Below are positions 1-9,549 of a DNA stretch of 64,000 nucleotides, piece after piece (the first letter of the stretch is position 1; each line of letters opens with the position of its first letter). The DNA lies in contig CALFPG010000012.1 in assembly GCA_937921475.1 (NCBI GenBank), positions 202,648 to 266,647 on the forward strand, given 5' to 3'. The notes under the pieces are model-generated. The model made no database searches. It had not been told where the DNA came from and worked only from the letters and a program-made list of their open reading frames with translations. The stretch comes from an uncultured Candidatus Saccharibacteria bacterium. GTDB lineage: Bacteria; Patescibacteriota; Saccharimonadia; Saccharimonadales; Saccharimonadaceae. Both the position numbers and the translations under genes were made by a program.

Positions 1-348
1 TATACTTAATATAATAGAAATTATTGCAATTGGTCCGCGTTTTTTCAGTAAAGACTTGAATGTCACTGGACTTTTCTTTTTTCCCGCAGATGGCTGATAA
101 AAACCGTTGCCTGGAACGGAAGATTCTTGGTTATTAACGGCAGCGCTGGCGGAATCGTTTTGATTAGGATTCAAATCCGAATCTTTATTATCAAACTGAG
201 ATTCAAGGTCATTAATGGCATCTCTTTCGCGAGCATTTAACTCTGACCCACTGTCATAACCAGCCGAGATTTGATCAAACTCAGCCTGCTCAGCAGGATT
301 TAATCTGCTGTCAGTTTCGGAATCCGTCGTGTAATCAACTCGTGCCAT
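1..348 (-). CDS. hypothetical membrane-anchored protein, N-terminal part only (ORF runs off window start)
   Basis: My translation of the reverse strand from ATG 348-346 gives MARVDYTTDSETDSRLNPAEQAEF... It stays open for all 116 codons to position 1. The N-terminus is acidic, followed by KKRGPIAIISIILSI (a TM helix). It starts 17 nt after the VirB4-like stop. It is absent from the ORF track because it has no stop in the window. Confidence 0.5.
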   Translation of the reverse strand, partial: MARVDYTTDSETDSRLNPAEQAEFDQISAGYDSGSELNARERDAINDLESQFDNKDSDLNPNQNDSASAAVNNQESSVPGNGFYQPSAGKKKSPVTFKSLLKKRGPIAIISIILSI

Positions 349-365
349 ATTTTCTCGCTATTTTT

Positions 366-2225
366 CTACACCGCTCCGTAGCCGCCGACTGGCGAATCTG
401 ACGGTTTTATTTGTTGCGATACGGGATTTGTATTGATCAAATTATATTCGGTATCGCTAGCCTGAATCTGGATGTGAACGTGATTTTGTCCAGCAAAGAA
501 TAACCCTTGTCCAACTGGGAAATTGGCTAGTCGTTTCTGTTCTTCATCTGTCAATTTAAACACTTGCGCCAAAACATCAACGGCGCTGGCGGACTGTTTC
601 AAAAGTAGCTGCATTGAGGAGTTGGAAACGATTGCTCGCCCCATTTTACTTCCGACGAAGTCTTCCACGTCCTGTGTGATAGTCGTCAGACCTAATTGAT
701 ATTTGCGGGCGCGCTTGGCTAATGAGAATAAGAAATTGGCAGAATCGTCATATTTCATCAATTGCCAAGCCTCATCAACAATCAACATACGTTTCCTCTG
801 GTCGGTGCGCGTAATATTCCAGATGTGGTTCAGAACAATATACATCGCCGTTGGTCGCAGTTCGTCTTCCAAGTCGCGAATGTTAAAGACAACCATATTA
901 TTATTAATGTCAATATTACTCTGTTGCGAGAATATTCCAGCAAACGTTCCAGAGGTAAATTTGCGGAGTCGTTGAGCCAGACTTGGGCCAGTTCCGCCCA
1001 TATGAAGCAAAGTGTCGTATAAGTCGGAAATCGTCGGTGGCGTAGAATTGTGTGTTAGTGGATCCGAAGTAATACCGACGCGCGCGTAAGTGTCTATTAA
1101 TGCTTGATCAATATCAGCTTCTTCCGCTGGTGATAGTCCTGCTACGACTTGCCCACCAGCCCCTACTCCTGCACCGCCCAGCATTTGCCTGAGTAGTCCA
1201 TGTAGTGTAACTAAGTTAGCGCGCAGTGCGTCATCTGCCTCATCAGTATCAATAACACGCGGCAAATCGAACGGATTAATCCTCGTGTCGCTACTTAAGC
1301 TCAATCTAATATAGCTACCACCAACTGCGTCGCATAGTTTTTGGTACTCATTTTCTGGGTCAATAATCACAATATCAGCCCCGACCATCATACTTCTTAA
1401 AGCTTCCAATTTAACAGTAAATGATTTACCAGCACCAGACTTAGCAAACACGACCATATTGGCGTTTTCCAGAGAGAATCTGTCAAAAATCACCAAGCCA
1501 TTATTATGCATATTAATTCCGTAAAGCACACCCTTATTGTCCGTTAAATCGGCTGAAGTGAATGGAAAGCTGGTTGAAATTGCGCCAGTGTTCATGTTGC
1601 GGCGAATCTGTAGTTCATCGGTCAATTGTGGAATAGAGCTATTCAATCCCTGCTCCTGCTGACTGGAAGCCACTTTTGAGAACACCAATTGCTGGCCAAA
1701 AATAGTTTCAATTTTATGCTGGATGAAGTTTAGCTCGTCCAAGCTGTCGGCGTAAAGCGTAATATATAAGCCATAGCGGAAGAACTTTTCGGCGCCAATC
1801 TGCAATTGATCGCGCAATTCTTCGGCGTCTTGCAAAGCCGCTTCCAAGCCTGGGTCGCGCACCTTTCCCTTTTCCATGTTTATATTCATGGTTGCTTCCA
1901 ACTGAGTAACTTTTTTACGCAAGTTATTCAGGACAATTTGCGTATCAACTGGATAGATAAACATACTGATATCCAGCACTTCATCGATGTTAATTATCGA
2001 GCTAAGCCAGCCGGTGTAAATTTGGCGAGGATAGCCATAAACATACATTGTGCGGCCGTATTTTGAGCCAAGTCGGAAATGGTCGGAGTGAAGCTCAATA
2101 CTACTTGGCGCGATAAAATCACGCAACGTTCGAACACCAGTTAAGAAGGCCTGTTCGACTTCGGCTTGCTCTCGTGCTCGTTGTTGAGCAGCAATATCAA
2201 CGGCATCTAATTTCTTCTTTGCCAT
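366..2225 (-). CDS. VirB4/TrsE/PrgJ-class type IV secretion ATPase
   Basis: 619-aa ORF with Walker A VVFAKSGAGKSFT and Walker B MLIVDEAWQL. The N-terminal region FIAPSSIE...YGYPRQIYTGWL is typical of VirB4-class proteins (from memory). Its start overlaps the stop of the upstream gene (TAATG). Confidence 0.85.
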   Translation of the reverse strand: MAKKKLDAVDIAAQQRAREQAEVEQAFLTGVRTLRDFIAPSSIELHSDHFRLGSKYGRTMYVYGYPRQIYTGWLSSIINIDEVLDISMFIYPVDTQIVLNNLRKKVTQLEATMNINMEKGKVRDPGLEAALQDAEELRDQLQIGAEKFFRYGLYITLYADSLDELNFIQHKIETIFGQQLVFSKVASSQQEQGLNSSIPQLTDELQIRRNMNTGAISTSFPFTSADLTDNKGVLYGINMHNNGLVIFDRFSLENANMVVFAKSGAGKSFTVKLEALRSMMVGADIVIIDPENEYQKLCDAVGGSYIRLSLSSDTRINPFDLPRVIDTDEADDALRANLVTLHGLLRQMLGGAGVGAGGQVVAGLSPAEEADIDQALIDTYARVGITSDPLTHNSTPPTISDLYDTLLHMGGTGPSLAQRLRKFTSGTFAGIFSQQSNIDINNNMVVFNIRDLEDELRPTAMYIVLNHIWNITRTDQRKRMLIVDEAWQLMKYDDSANFLFSLAKRARKYQLGLTTITQDVEDFVGSKMGRAIVSNSSMQLLLKQSASAVDVLAQVFKLTDEEQKRLANFPVGQGLFFAGQNHVHIQIQASDTEYNLINTNPVSQQIKPSDSPVGGYGAV

Positions 2226-3100
2226 TATGACCTTCCTCCTCTCGGTGATGGACCAGTTCCCTTAGTTACGTAAGTGGTCGTAAGCTCGCTTGGATCAATG
2301 TCCTCTAGCGATTCACGTGACGACGTGTCGGGATTATATGAAGTGTAGAACAGCTCACCCAATTGCCTGGTATTTAATTGCCAGCTTTTTACGCCCATTT
2401 GGAATAGTCCGTTCATAACCGAATCAATGCGGTTTTTAATTTCATCTTTGGCTTTGGTGTAAGTAACTTGGTCAATTTTTGTTACGGTTGCCTCTTTTTT
2501 TCCACTAAAGAAGCTATTGAATAGTCCCTTAGTCTGTTGTTTGAAAGCATTTTCCTCGCCAGCTGGATAATATGGAACGACAACATAAAAACTCTTATCC
2601 ATAATGTTTGCTTCTTGCGCCAGAATATCAATAAAATCCATATAATCGTCCATTAAGACATTGAGAAGCATATTGTCTTGATTGCGGCGAATTTCAGCCA
2701 ATCTGTCCAGATACGGACCAATGTCCACGCGGCGTGAACGGATAAGAACTTGAATTGGGAAATATAGAGAGTTAATAAAGTTTTGATAACTGAACTCAAT
2801 TCCCTCTCTTTCGCGTGAACTCATCAGATCAAAGTTAATTGATTCACATTCCACTACTGCTCGAAAACTGCCATCGCTCATAATGATCATATTTTCGCGC
2901 ATCTCAGAGAAAAGCAGCGTATTCTGGGTGCTAATTGGTCCTTTTTGTTTTTTATTCTCAGGGGTTTTATCTGGAGACGGCGCAGTTGGACTTGGCCCCG
3001 AACCAATTGCCCCTGATGGTTGCTGAGGGACATCAGGAAGAGCCGCATTGGTTTGCGGAACCTGCTGATAAGATTGTTGATTTTGTAACTCTGGTTGCAT
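2225..3100 (-). CDS. T4SS-associated hypothetical protein, translationally coupled to the VirB4-like gene
   Basis: The ORF track gives 2225..3109 using GTG 3109. ATG 3100 has AGGTGG 5 nt upstream, so I prefer it. The N-terminus is Q/P-rich and looks disordered, followed by a globular part (MIIMSDGSFRAVVECESINFDL...). I recognise no family with confidence. Confidence 0.6.
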   Translation of the reverse strand: MQPELQNQQSYQQVPQTNAALPDVPQQPSGAIGSGPSPTAPSPDKTPENKKQKGPISTQNTLLFSEMRENMIIMSDGSFRAVVECESINFDLMSSREREGIEFSYQNFINSLYFPIQVLIRSRRVDIGPYLDRLAEIRRNQDNMLLNVLMDDYMDFIDILAQEANIMDKSFYVVVPYYPAGEENAFKQQTKGLFNSFFSGKKEATVTKIDQVTYTKAKDEIKNRIDSVMNGLFQMGVKSWQLNTRQLGELFYTSYNPDTSSRESLEDIDPSELTTTYVTKGTGPSPRGGRS

Positions 3101-3109
3101 AAACCCCAC

Positions 3110-4021
3110 CTAACGTAGTGAAATCACCACTTCCTCATCTGATAATTTATTTTCTTGCTGAATTCGATTTGCCTCACGCGCAATCGTTTCAATCGAGAGG
3201 TCGCGGTTATTTGCCAGTTCTATTATAGCAGGTGACACCTCGTTTACGCTAGTTTGCGGCGTGGTTGTCGGTTGAGTTTGAGCTGGAGTGCTCGCGGCAG
3301 GCCGTCCGGACGCTGGATTTAATACAGATTGACGCATTGTTGGGTACGGATTCATTTGTAGCGGTGTGGCTGGAGCAGTATTATCTGGTTGGGATGTTTG
3401 AGATGTTTGCGTAGGAGGCGGCGTAGCAGATTGCCCTGTTTGCATCTTTTGGATAACTTCTTGTCGTCTACGAACATCTGACTGATTTATTAAGTGATTG
3501 ATATTTTGCGCCGTAGTACTATTTTCATCCAATATGTCGTTAGCCGCTTGTCCTTCGTTGAATAAATCGGCACGCATCGAACTATTCGGATTATTGACGC
3601 CACGAATTGACCAACCTTGACTATCTACCAAATTCGCCAAATATGACAATCTTCGCTGGACTTCGGCTTGATCGTAATTATTACCGTAAGTCTTCTCCTC
3701 GACTTTTGGCGCGATAACTTCGACTAATCTTTCAATTCCATCAGGCTGCCATAGTCGCTTTTTTGGTTTTAGCATAAAAGAAATAACTGCCGCCAAATAA
3801 ACTTCCATTGGCTGGTCTTTTTTAAGAGGTAAAGCCAGCGCTCCAAAGAATAAAATTATCGGCACAGGAATTATTGCCAAAGGTAGAAAAATTGTACTCA
3901 AACCGTATGCAATAGCGATTCCGATAACAGCTATAATTAAGAACACAAACTGTCGGAAACTAAACGGCCCGAGCAGTTTGTCCTCCGCCTCGACATCTTG
4001 AGGAACTTTATACACCGACAT
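3110..4021 (-). CDS. PrgI-family (VirB3-analogue) membrane protein with T/P/Q-rich C-terminal half
   Basis: The N-terminus MSVYKVPQDVEAEDKLLGPFSFRQFVFLIIAVIGIAIAYGL plus a second TM helix matches my memory of the PrgI family. It lies directly upstream of the VirB4 block. Confidence 0.7.
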   Translation of the reverse strand: MSVYKVPQDVEAEDKLLGPFSFRQFVFLIIAVIGIAIAYGLSTIFLPLAIIPVPIILFFGALALPLKKDQPMEVYLAAVISFMLKPKKRLWQPDGIERLVEVIAPKVEEKTYGNNYDQAEVQRRLSYLANLVDSQGWSIRGVNNPNSSMRADLFNEGQAANDILDENSTTAQNINHLINQSDVRRRQEVIQKMQTGQSATPPPTQTSQTSQPDNTAPATPLQMNPYPTMRQSVLNPASGRPAASTPAQTQPTTTPQTSVNEVSPAIIELANNRDLSIETIAREANRIQQENKLSDEEVVISLR

Positions 4022-4030
4022 ACTGCTTAT

Positions 4031-4039
4031 ATTATATCA
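4031..4039 (-). promoter_or_regulatory. extended -10 element (TGaTATAAT) 9 nt upstream of the PrgI-like start codon
   Basis: The reverse strand reads ttTGaTATAATataagcagtATG. No Shine-Dalgarno lies between the box and the ATG. Confidence 0.4.
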
Positions 4040-4050
4040 AAATATGGAGA

Positions 4051-6567
4051 TTATAGCATGTTTCGGAAAATCTCAAATTGTTCTTTGGCGGCATCTGTTA
4101 CGTTTGCAGATAATCTCCTGTCGGTAAGAATTGTATTGATAACATCCTTGATATCTTGACGTTTCTTATTAGTAATAACAGATGTAGTATTTACAGCTTC
4201 CATCAATAACTTAACAGCGTCAGCATCCGTAGTCGCTAAAGTTTCTGGTTTATATTTACCACCCTCTAGCCATTCAGCGAAGTAATTCATGAGGTCACTT
4301 CTGTTATTAATATCACCTTTCAGCATATCATCGACAAGTTTACCGCCCAAGAATGACGCTTTATTCTTTACACCGGATTCCGCTAGCGCTGAGGCTGCGG
4401 AAGCGCGGAATTCTGGCGGTAATTCACTAAGAAGTTCGGCGACTTCCGCTGCGGTACCGTATTTAATCTGCTCTTCAATTGCAGCTTCACGTACGAATAT
4501 GCTATCCCTAGTCAATCTTACTCCGCCAGGAAGATTTATAGATGTTTTGCCTAAGGCTAATCCCTGTCTCTCTTTTGCATCCAATTTGTAGTGCTTTATA
4601 ATTTGGCGAGCCTCGTCGACCGACTTAGCGTATTCGCTACGGCTGGTTGCTATGGCTGAAGCTAGAGCGGCATTTGCTCCAATTAGGTTGCCATTCTCGT
4701 CTGTAAACACATGCCCGCCAGCCTTTTCTCGAAGTTCCTTGTTGTTTATCAATTGCTCTGCAAATTCACTATGCTGTTGACGTTGGGCGTTATTCTTAAT
4801 CAGACCCGCCGTTGCAATCTCAGTTTCTAAGTCTTTAATGTCTGACATAAATTGGGCTTGTTGCGCGTCTCGCCAATTTGAGTATTTAGTGAACTTAGCT
4901 CGTAGAGCACGATCGTACTTTCCATACGTATCAGTTGGTGCGTGACCCAGCGTAGCTTCGGTGTAGCGATTGTCATCTTGTGCGGATAACAGATCTGCAC
5001 GCCTGGAAGCCTGTCTGGCGTCTAAGTCTAACTTCTTATACCTGGCTGTATCTCTAAATGAATTCTCGGCATTTTTCTGTGAAGTTTCCAGATCTTTTTT
5101 GAGTGCTCTACCTTTATGATCCGCCCAACGGCGTAAACGATTTGGGTTGAATCGCGCCATATTGGCATTAGCTAACTTCTTGTTTTTAATGGTCTCACGA
5201 CGATCTTTAGACCAGTTCTTAGACCTGTCGTATAAGCCTTTATTCTTGTCATTAACAAACCCAGCAAATTTGCCTAATACTCCGCCGCTGAACTTCATAA
5301 TTAGAGGTGTTATAGCCAAAGGTATTATTTGAACCAACATTCCTAGTACATGCATTATTGCGCCATTTGGACCAGAGGCATTTTGTATAATTAGTATTCC
5401 TGCCAATTGAGCTCCACCGAATACTACAGCGAATGCCGGGAAAAATACTAACATCGTGAAGAATAAGTCTCGCCATTTTTTAAACCACTTTTCTGTTCCG
5501 GGCAATAAGTAGCAAACAAATGCTAGTGGTGAAACTATAATTAATATAATAATAAGTGCTTGACGAGCCGCCATAATTAGGAGTATGAAGAGTAAAGTTA
5601 AGCCAGCTAATGTCGCGGCAGGCACTAACATTGGTAATATTTCAGTAGTAAGTGCTAGTGATACGGCGTATCCTGCTCCTACCGCCAGTGCTCCATTCGA
5701 CAGCGCTGTACTGATAACCTCCGACCACGTCCATGTACTTGTATTTTCTCCTACGGTAGATATTGTGTTTTTAATCCCCATGAAAGCATCTTGGAAAGCG
5801 TAACCGGCTATGTTTGATAAATCCAGTAATATAGCACAAAACGTGAACGATAAATTGACCAACACCGCCGCAATTATTAACCTAGGGAGCATCTTTTTAA
5901 CGCCGTAATTGCTAATTCCTACAGAGGTCAATTGTGAGTAGATAATTACCAAAAACGCTACGATAAATGCCACGTTGCTGATGTTACGCATAATGACCCA
6001 CGCCAGATAAATTCCACTGTTTTGGTTGGTTGTTTCTAACGGCTTAGTTTTTAAGAACTCCTGAAGCGCGCTGTACATATAATCTATGCCATCAGCTAAC
6101 CAGTTGGAAACTGGACAGATAATCCAACCTATTCCCTGCACATCACAGGAAGTACCTGTTGAATTTTCTGAGGGAGATTCAATCGAAATAGTTGAAGTGC
6201 TGGTTTGTTCGTAGGTGTTCGGTGGCGTAAATGAATAAACCGCGTAGGTTGCCGAGCTTAGCGAAGATATTTCGCTTGCTGGGAAGTAAATAACCTTGGT
6301 TTCTTTTTTATTCTTATCTTCATTAACATAAACAAGCGAATTATCAGGTAGGTTAAATTGTTTGATCTTTTTATCATCACTTACCTTTGTGTATTTTTCT
6401 TTATTATAGGTTAAATTATGACCGCTCCATTCTGCGTCTACAGCGTAAACAGAGGTCGAGTGTGTTAAGGTATTAAGAAAAATGCCCACCAGCATCCCTG
6501 CTATCAGCAATACGAACCACTGCAGCCACTTGTTAAGAAGCTGCTTACGGGAAATTAACCACTCCAT
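4051..6567 (-). CDS. VirB6/TrbL-like polytopic membrane protein (838 aa), paralogue of 6686..9502
   Basis: It has an N-terminal TM helix and an ectodomain. The central block holds several TM helices (IIAAVLVNLSFTFCAILLDL, IVSPLAFVCYLLPGTEKWFKKW). A basic, helical C-terminal domain of about 400 aa follows. Topology and position next to PrgI/VirB4 fit VirB6-class proteins. Confidence 0.7.
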   Translation of the reverse strand: MEWLISRKQLLNKWLQWFVLLIAGMLVGIFLNTLTHSTSVYAVDAEWSGHNLTYNKEKYTKVSDDKKIKQFNLPDNSLVYVNEDKNKKETKVIYFPASEISSLSSATYAVYSFTPPNTYEQTSTSTISIESPSENSTGTSCDVQGIGWIICPVSNWLADGIDYMYSALQEFLKTKPLETTNQNSGIYLAWVIMRNISNVAFIVAFLVIIYSQLTSVGISNYGVKKMLPRLIIAAVLVNLSFTFCAILLDLSNIAGYAFQDAFMGIKNTISTVGENTSTWTWSEVISTALSNGALAVGAGYAVSLALTTEILPMLVPAATLAGLTLLFILLIMAARQALIIILIIVSPLAFVCYLLPGTEKWFKKWRDLFFTMLVFFPAFAVVFGGAQLAGILIIQNASGPNGAIMHVLGMLVQIIPLAITPLIMKFSGGVLGKFAGFVNDKNKGLYDRSKNWSKDRRETIKNKKLANANMARFNPNRLRRWADHKGRALKKDLETSQKNAENSFRDTARYKKLDLDARQASRRADLLSAQDDNRYTEATLGHAPTDTYGKYDRALRAKFTKYSNWRDAQQAQFMSDIKDLETEIATAGLIKNNAQRQQHSEFAEQLINNKELREKAGGHVFTDENGNLIGANAALASAIATSRSEYAKSVDEARQIIKHYKLDAKERQGLALGKTSINLPGGVRLTRDSIFVREAAIEEQIKYGTAAEVAELLSELPPEFRASAASALAESGVKNKASFLGGKLVDDMLKGDINNRSDLMNYFAEWLEGGKYKPETLATTDADAVKLLMEAVNTTSVITNKKRQDIKDVINTILTDRRLSANVTDAAKEQFEIFRNML

Positions 6568-6575
6568 CTGAGGTT

Positions 6576-6604
6576 ATATTAGCATTTTTGATGGAAAAAG
6601 TCAA
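6576..6604 (-). promoter_or_regulatory. sigma70-type promoter TTGACT-17-TAATAT ending 8 nt before ATG 6567 (leaderless-type)
   Basis: The reverse strand reads TTGACTttttccatcaaaaatgcTAATATaacctcagATG. No SD is present. Confidence 0.45.
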
Positions 6605-6685
6605 GAGAGTGGCGCTACGAGGCGCTATAGGAGGAAACCTTAATAAAGTAACTTCCTGTCTTTTAATTTTTTGTATTATAACTAC

Positions 6686-9502
6686 TTATCTATGGACAAG
6701 AGCATTTTTTGTCTCTTGACTCATCATAGACCTGAGTCTATCATCTTTCAGCAGCTTAAGAGCGTCATTTCTTTTTATAGCAGAGTGCTTAATGGCGTCA
6801 GCGCTCTGTTTAGCAATACCTTCATTAGATAGTTTACGTACACCTTCCTTGGTTAGGCTATTAAACTCGTCCTTTGCTGAATCGCCAACGACATTGCCTG
6901 ACGAATCTTTTTTCCCGAGTGAAAAACTGGAGTCTCCATGTTGAAGAGCCTTAAGAGCACTAACTCCTGCCTCAGAAACTCCAGCGTGGGACCCTTTCAT
7001 TTCGGTTAATGCATTAGCCATACTTACACTATCCACTTCTCCACCATCTCTCAGGTAATTAGCCACTACGTCCGCACCATGAGCGCCTTGTCCCTTAAGT
7101 TGGTTAACGGCTGCAATCCTAGTGTACTTGTCGGCTTTTTTGTCCTTTAGGGCTTCCTCAGCATCTCCATTGTATTGATACGTGATTGCTCGTTCAGCTT
7201 TTTCCATAGCGGCTTTATCGTAGGCTTCTTGTGCTGCCCCCGCACCGCTACTGAGACCTATCTTTTGACCAACCCAGCTATTATCAAGGGCTGCTGCAGG
7301 ATTCATTGCCACTCCAAGTCCTCTCATAAATATAGGGTTGCCTTTTTTCCTAAGATTACTTGCGGTTCGTCCCCACTTAGTATTGCCGGATCTTCTTTCT
7401 GCTAGCTTTCTAGCAGATCGAGATTTCCAAGCATTTTTAACGTCATTTATTCTAGACTTGTTCGCGATAGTACTACCCAGCTTCTTATTAGCCAAACCGC
7501 TCAATCCGCCAAGTTTTCCTGCAAAACTACCTAATGAGTTTAATGAACTCTTTAGCACGAAAGGTGTGGCGCCTAATGGCAAAATAGACGCTGCCAATGC
7601 TGCAACTTGCATGGTTTCTTTCGGATTGTTTGGATCGTTTGTACCGACTGCAGCCAATACGGCTCCCGCTAACTTTCCAGCTCCATACAGAAGAGATATT
7701 ACAGGAAATACAATTAACAACCCCCTAAGTATTGATACCCATTTTTTGAATAAATTTTCAGTGTTTGGTAGAAGCCATGCTGCAAATGCTAATGGAGATA
7801 TTGCTATTAACAATATGACGGCAGCTTGTCGAACGATTAATATAACCAGCACGACGAGTAAAGCCAAAAGTAGAGCCATGATAGTAGGTATACTTACAGC
7901 AAGGAATATGAACAGACCTACTCCAGCTAGTGTTAGCCCGCCAACGATTAAGGTGTTGAAGGTGCCAACTTCTGCTGATTGGGTGCCGACTTTTGATGCT
8001 GCCCCCTCCAGAACTCCTTTAAGAGAAAAACCGAGGATATTAGATAGGTCTACAGCCAATTGACAGAGATAGAAAGATAAGTTTACGAGCAAAGCTCCTA
8101 TTATTAACCTTGGTAGAATTTTCTTAATTCCATAATTACTGACGCCGACATTGCTTATTTGGGAGAATATTACCCACAGGAATATTACGGCAAATACGGC
8201 GTTTGCAATATCTCGGAAGAACTTCCAAGCTTGCTCTAATCCTCCATTTTCTTGGTCCTTAAAGATTCCTTTATCGATAGATAGAAAATACGATATTGCG
8301 GAGTAGGAGGCGTCTCCCAGGCTGCCAGCAAAACTCATCAAAGGACAAACGAGCCACCCTATACCGTCGACTCCACACGAATTTTTTCCCTCTTCTTCGC
8401 CGCCGTCACCTTCCGATGGGGTTTCTATTTCAGCAGACTGACCTTGTTTACAGGCACTTATCTCTTCGTCTCTACCCTTGTATTGTGTTTCACAATATTC
8501 AGAATCACCCTTATGTTCTATTCCGGCTTTACAAGCTTCAAGCTCTTTTCCTGTAAATGTTGAGCAGGCGTTTTTTATTGCAGCGTCTTTTAAGGAGTTA
8601 GCATATTTATTGGCTGCTTCTTTAAGTTTGAGGGTGATTGCGTCACATTTAAACTGAGGATCACCTTTATACTTATCGCCAACACTCCACATATAGTCAC
8701 CACTGCCTTTTGACCTATAAACCTCTGAGACTTTACCATCTTTCACAACGGAAAGTGTCCGTGTGTTACCAGAAGATGTGCTTAGCTCGTTACCATCAAC
8801 GCAGCCCATAGCCCAATCTAGATATTTACGATACTTTATGTAGGGTATTTTGTCTTCCGCATTATTGGGGTACCCTGTTAATGTGGTAAGAGCGTTTATA
8901 AAATTAACGTCACCAGGAGGGGCAGGTAAATCCTCAGTTTCGAAATCATTAGTTTTACCTAAGTTAATACATTCTTCGACGCTTGCGTTTTTATGCCCTT
9001 TTTTCTTATATCCCATCTGACACAGCAGTTCGTTTGGTTCTATTTGAAAGGTTTTAAATGCTTCTTTTTGAAAATCTTCATCCATACAGAAGACAAAACC
9101 ACCTCCATATCCTGCTATTGGACTTCCGCCGTATGCATCCGACATTGTGCCAATATATACACGGCTATCTAGAATATTGCCGCGATTGAAAACTATACCC
9201 TTAGACAGACTACCGTCAACGTTTCTATGAACTTTGAGAGTCAGACTACTTCCATGGTCTTTGTGGGATTTGCCACTAAAACAATATGACATCGCTGTGG
9301 CATACTGGAAAAATTTGTATTTATCTCCGTCTGATAGGCTTTCGAAGTATCCTGGATTTTTAGCAGCCAGAGCTGGGTTAACTGACAGGATATTGGCAAT
9401 TGGCATTATAAAAAATGCCAATAAGCATAAAAACATTACAGAATTCTTAAACCACCCTGTCTGATTAGACGATTGTTTTTTGATAAACATAAACACCTTC
9501 AT
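6686..9502 (-). CDS. VirB6/TrbL-like polytopic membrane protein (938 aa) with Cys-rich N-terminal ectodomain
   Basis: It has a signal/TM helix, then an ectodomain of about 370 aa with about 14 Cys. The conserved CGVDGIGWLVCP motif and the TM core (KKILPRLIIGALLVNLSFYLCQLAVDLSNI, ISPLAFAAWLLPNTENLFKKW) are shared with the 838-aa paralogue. The C-terminal domain is long and soluble. Confidence 0.7.
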   Translation of the reverse strand: MKVFMFIKKQSSNQTGWFKNSVMFLCLLAFFIMPIANILSVNPALAAKNPGYFESLSDGDKYKFFQYATAMSYCFSGKSHKDHGSSLTLKVHRNVDGSLSKGIVFNRGNILDSRVYIGTMSDAYGGSPIAGYGGGFVFCMDEDFQKEAFKTFQIEPNELLCQMGYKKKGHKNASVEECINLGKTNDFETEDLPAPPGDVNFINALTTLTGYPNNAEDKIPYIKYRKYLDWAMGCVDGNELSTSSGNTRTLSVVKDGKVSEVYRSKGSGDYMWSVGDKYKGDPQFKCDAITLKLKEAANKYANSLKDAAIKNACSTFTGKELEACKAGIEHKGDSEYCETQYKGRDEEISACKQGQSAEIETPSEGDGGEEEGKNSCGVDGIGWLVCPLMSFAGSLGDASYSAISYFLSIDKGIFKDQENGGLEQAWKFFRDIANAVFAVIFLWVIFSQISNVGVSNYGIKKILPRLIIGALLVNLSFYLCQLAVDLSNILGFSLKGVLEGAASKVGTQSAEVGTFNTLIVGGLTLAGVGLFIFLAVSIPTIMALLLALLVVLVILIVRQAAVILLIAISPLAFAAWLLPNTENLFKKWVSILRGLLIVFPVISLLYGAGKLAGAVLAAVGTNDPNNPKETMQVAALAASILPLGATPFVLKSSLNSLGSFAGKLGGLSGLANKKLGSTIANKSRINDVKNAWKSRSARKLAERRSGNTKWGRTASNLRKKGNPIFMRGLGVAMNPAAALDNSWVGQKIGLSSGAGAAQEAYDKAAMEKAERAITYQYNGDAEEALKDKKADKYTRIAAVNQLKGQGAHGADVVANYLRDGGEVDSVSMANALTEMKGSHAGVSEAGVSALKALQHGDSSFSLGKKDSSGNVVGDSAKDEFNSLTKEGVRKLSNEGIAKQSADAIKHSAIKRNDALKLLKDDRLRSMMSQETKNALVHR

Positions 9503-9527
9503 TTAATCACATATGAAGGTGTTTATG
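9488..9527. repeat. perfect 15-bp inverted repeat (10-nt spacer) whose one arm is the first five codons of the 938-aa gene
   Basis: Plus strand 9513-9527 reads atgaaggtgtttatg. The reverse complement of 9488-9502 is the identical 15-mer. Confidence 0.8.
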
Positions 9528-9549
9528 CAAGGGCTATTAAGTTTAGAAT

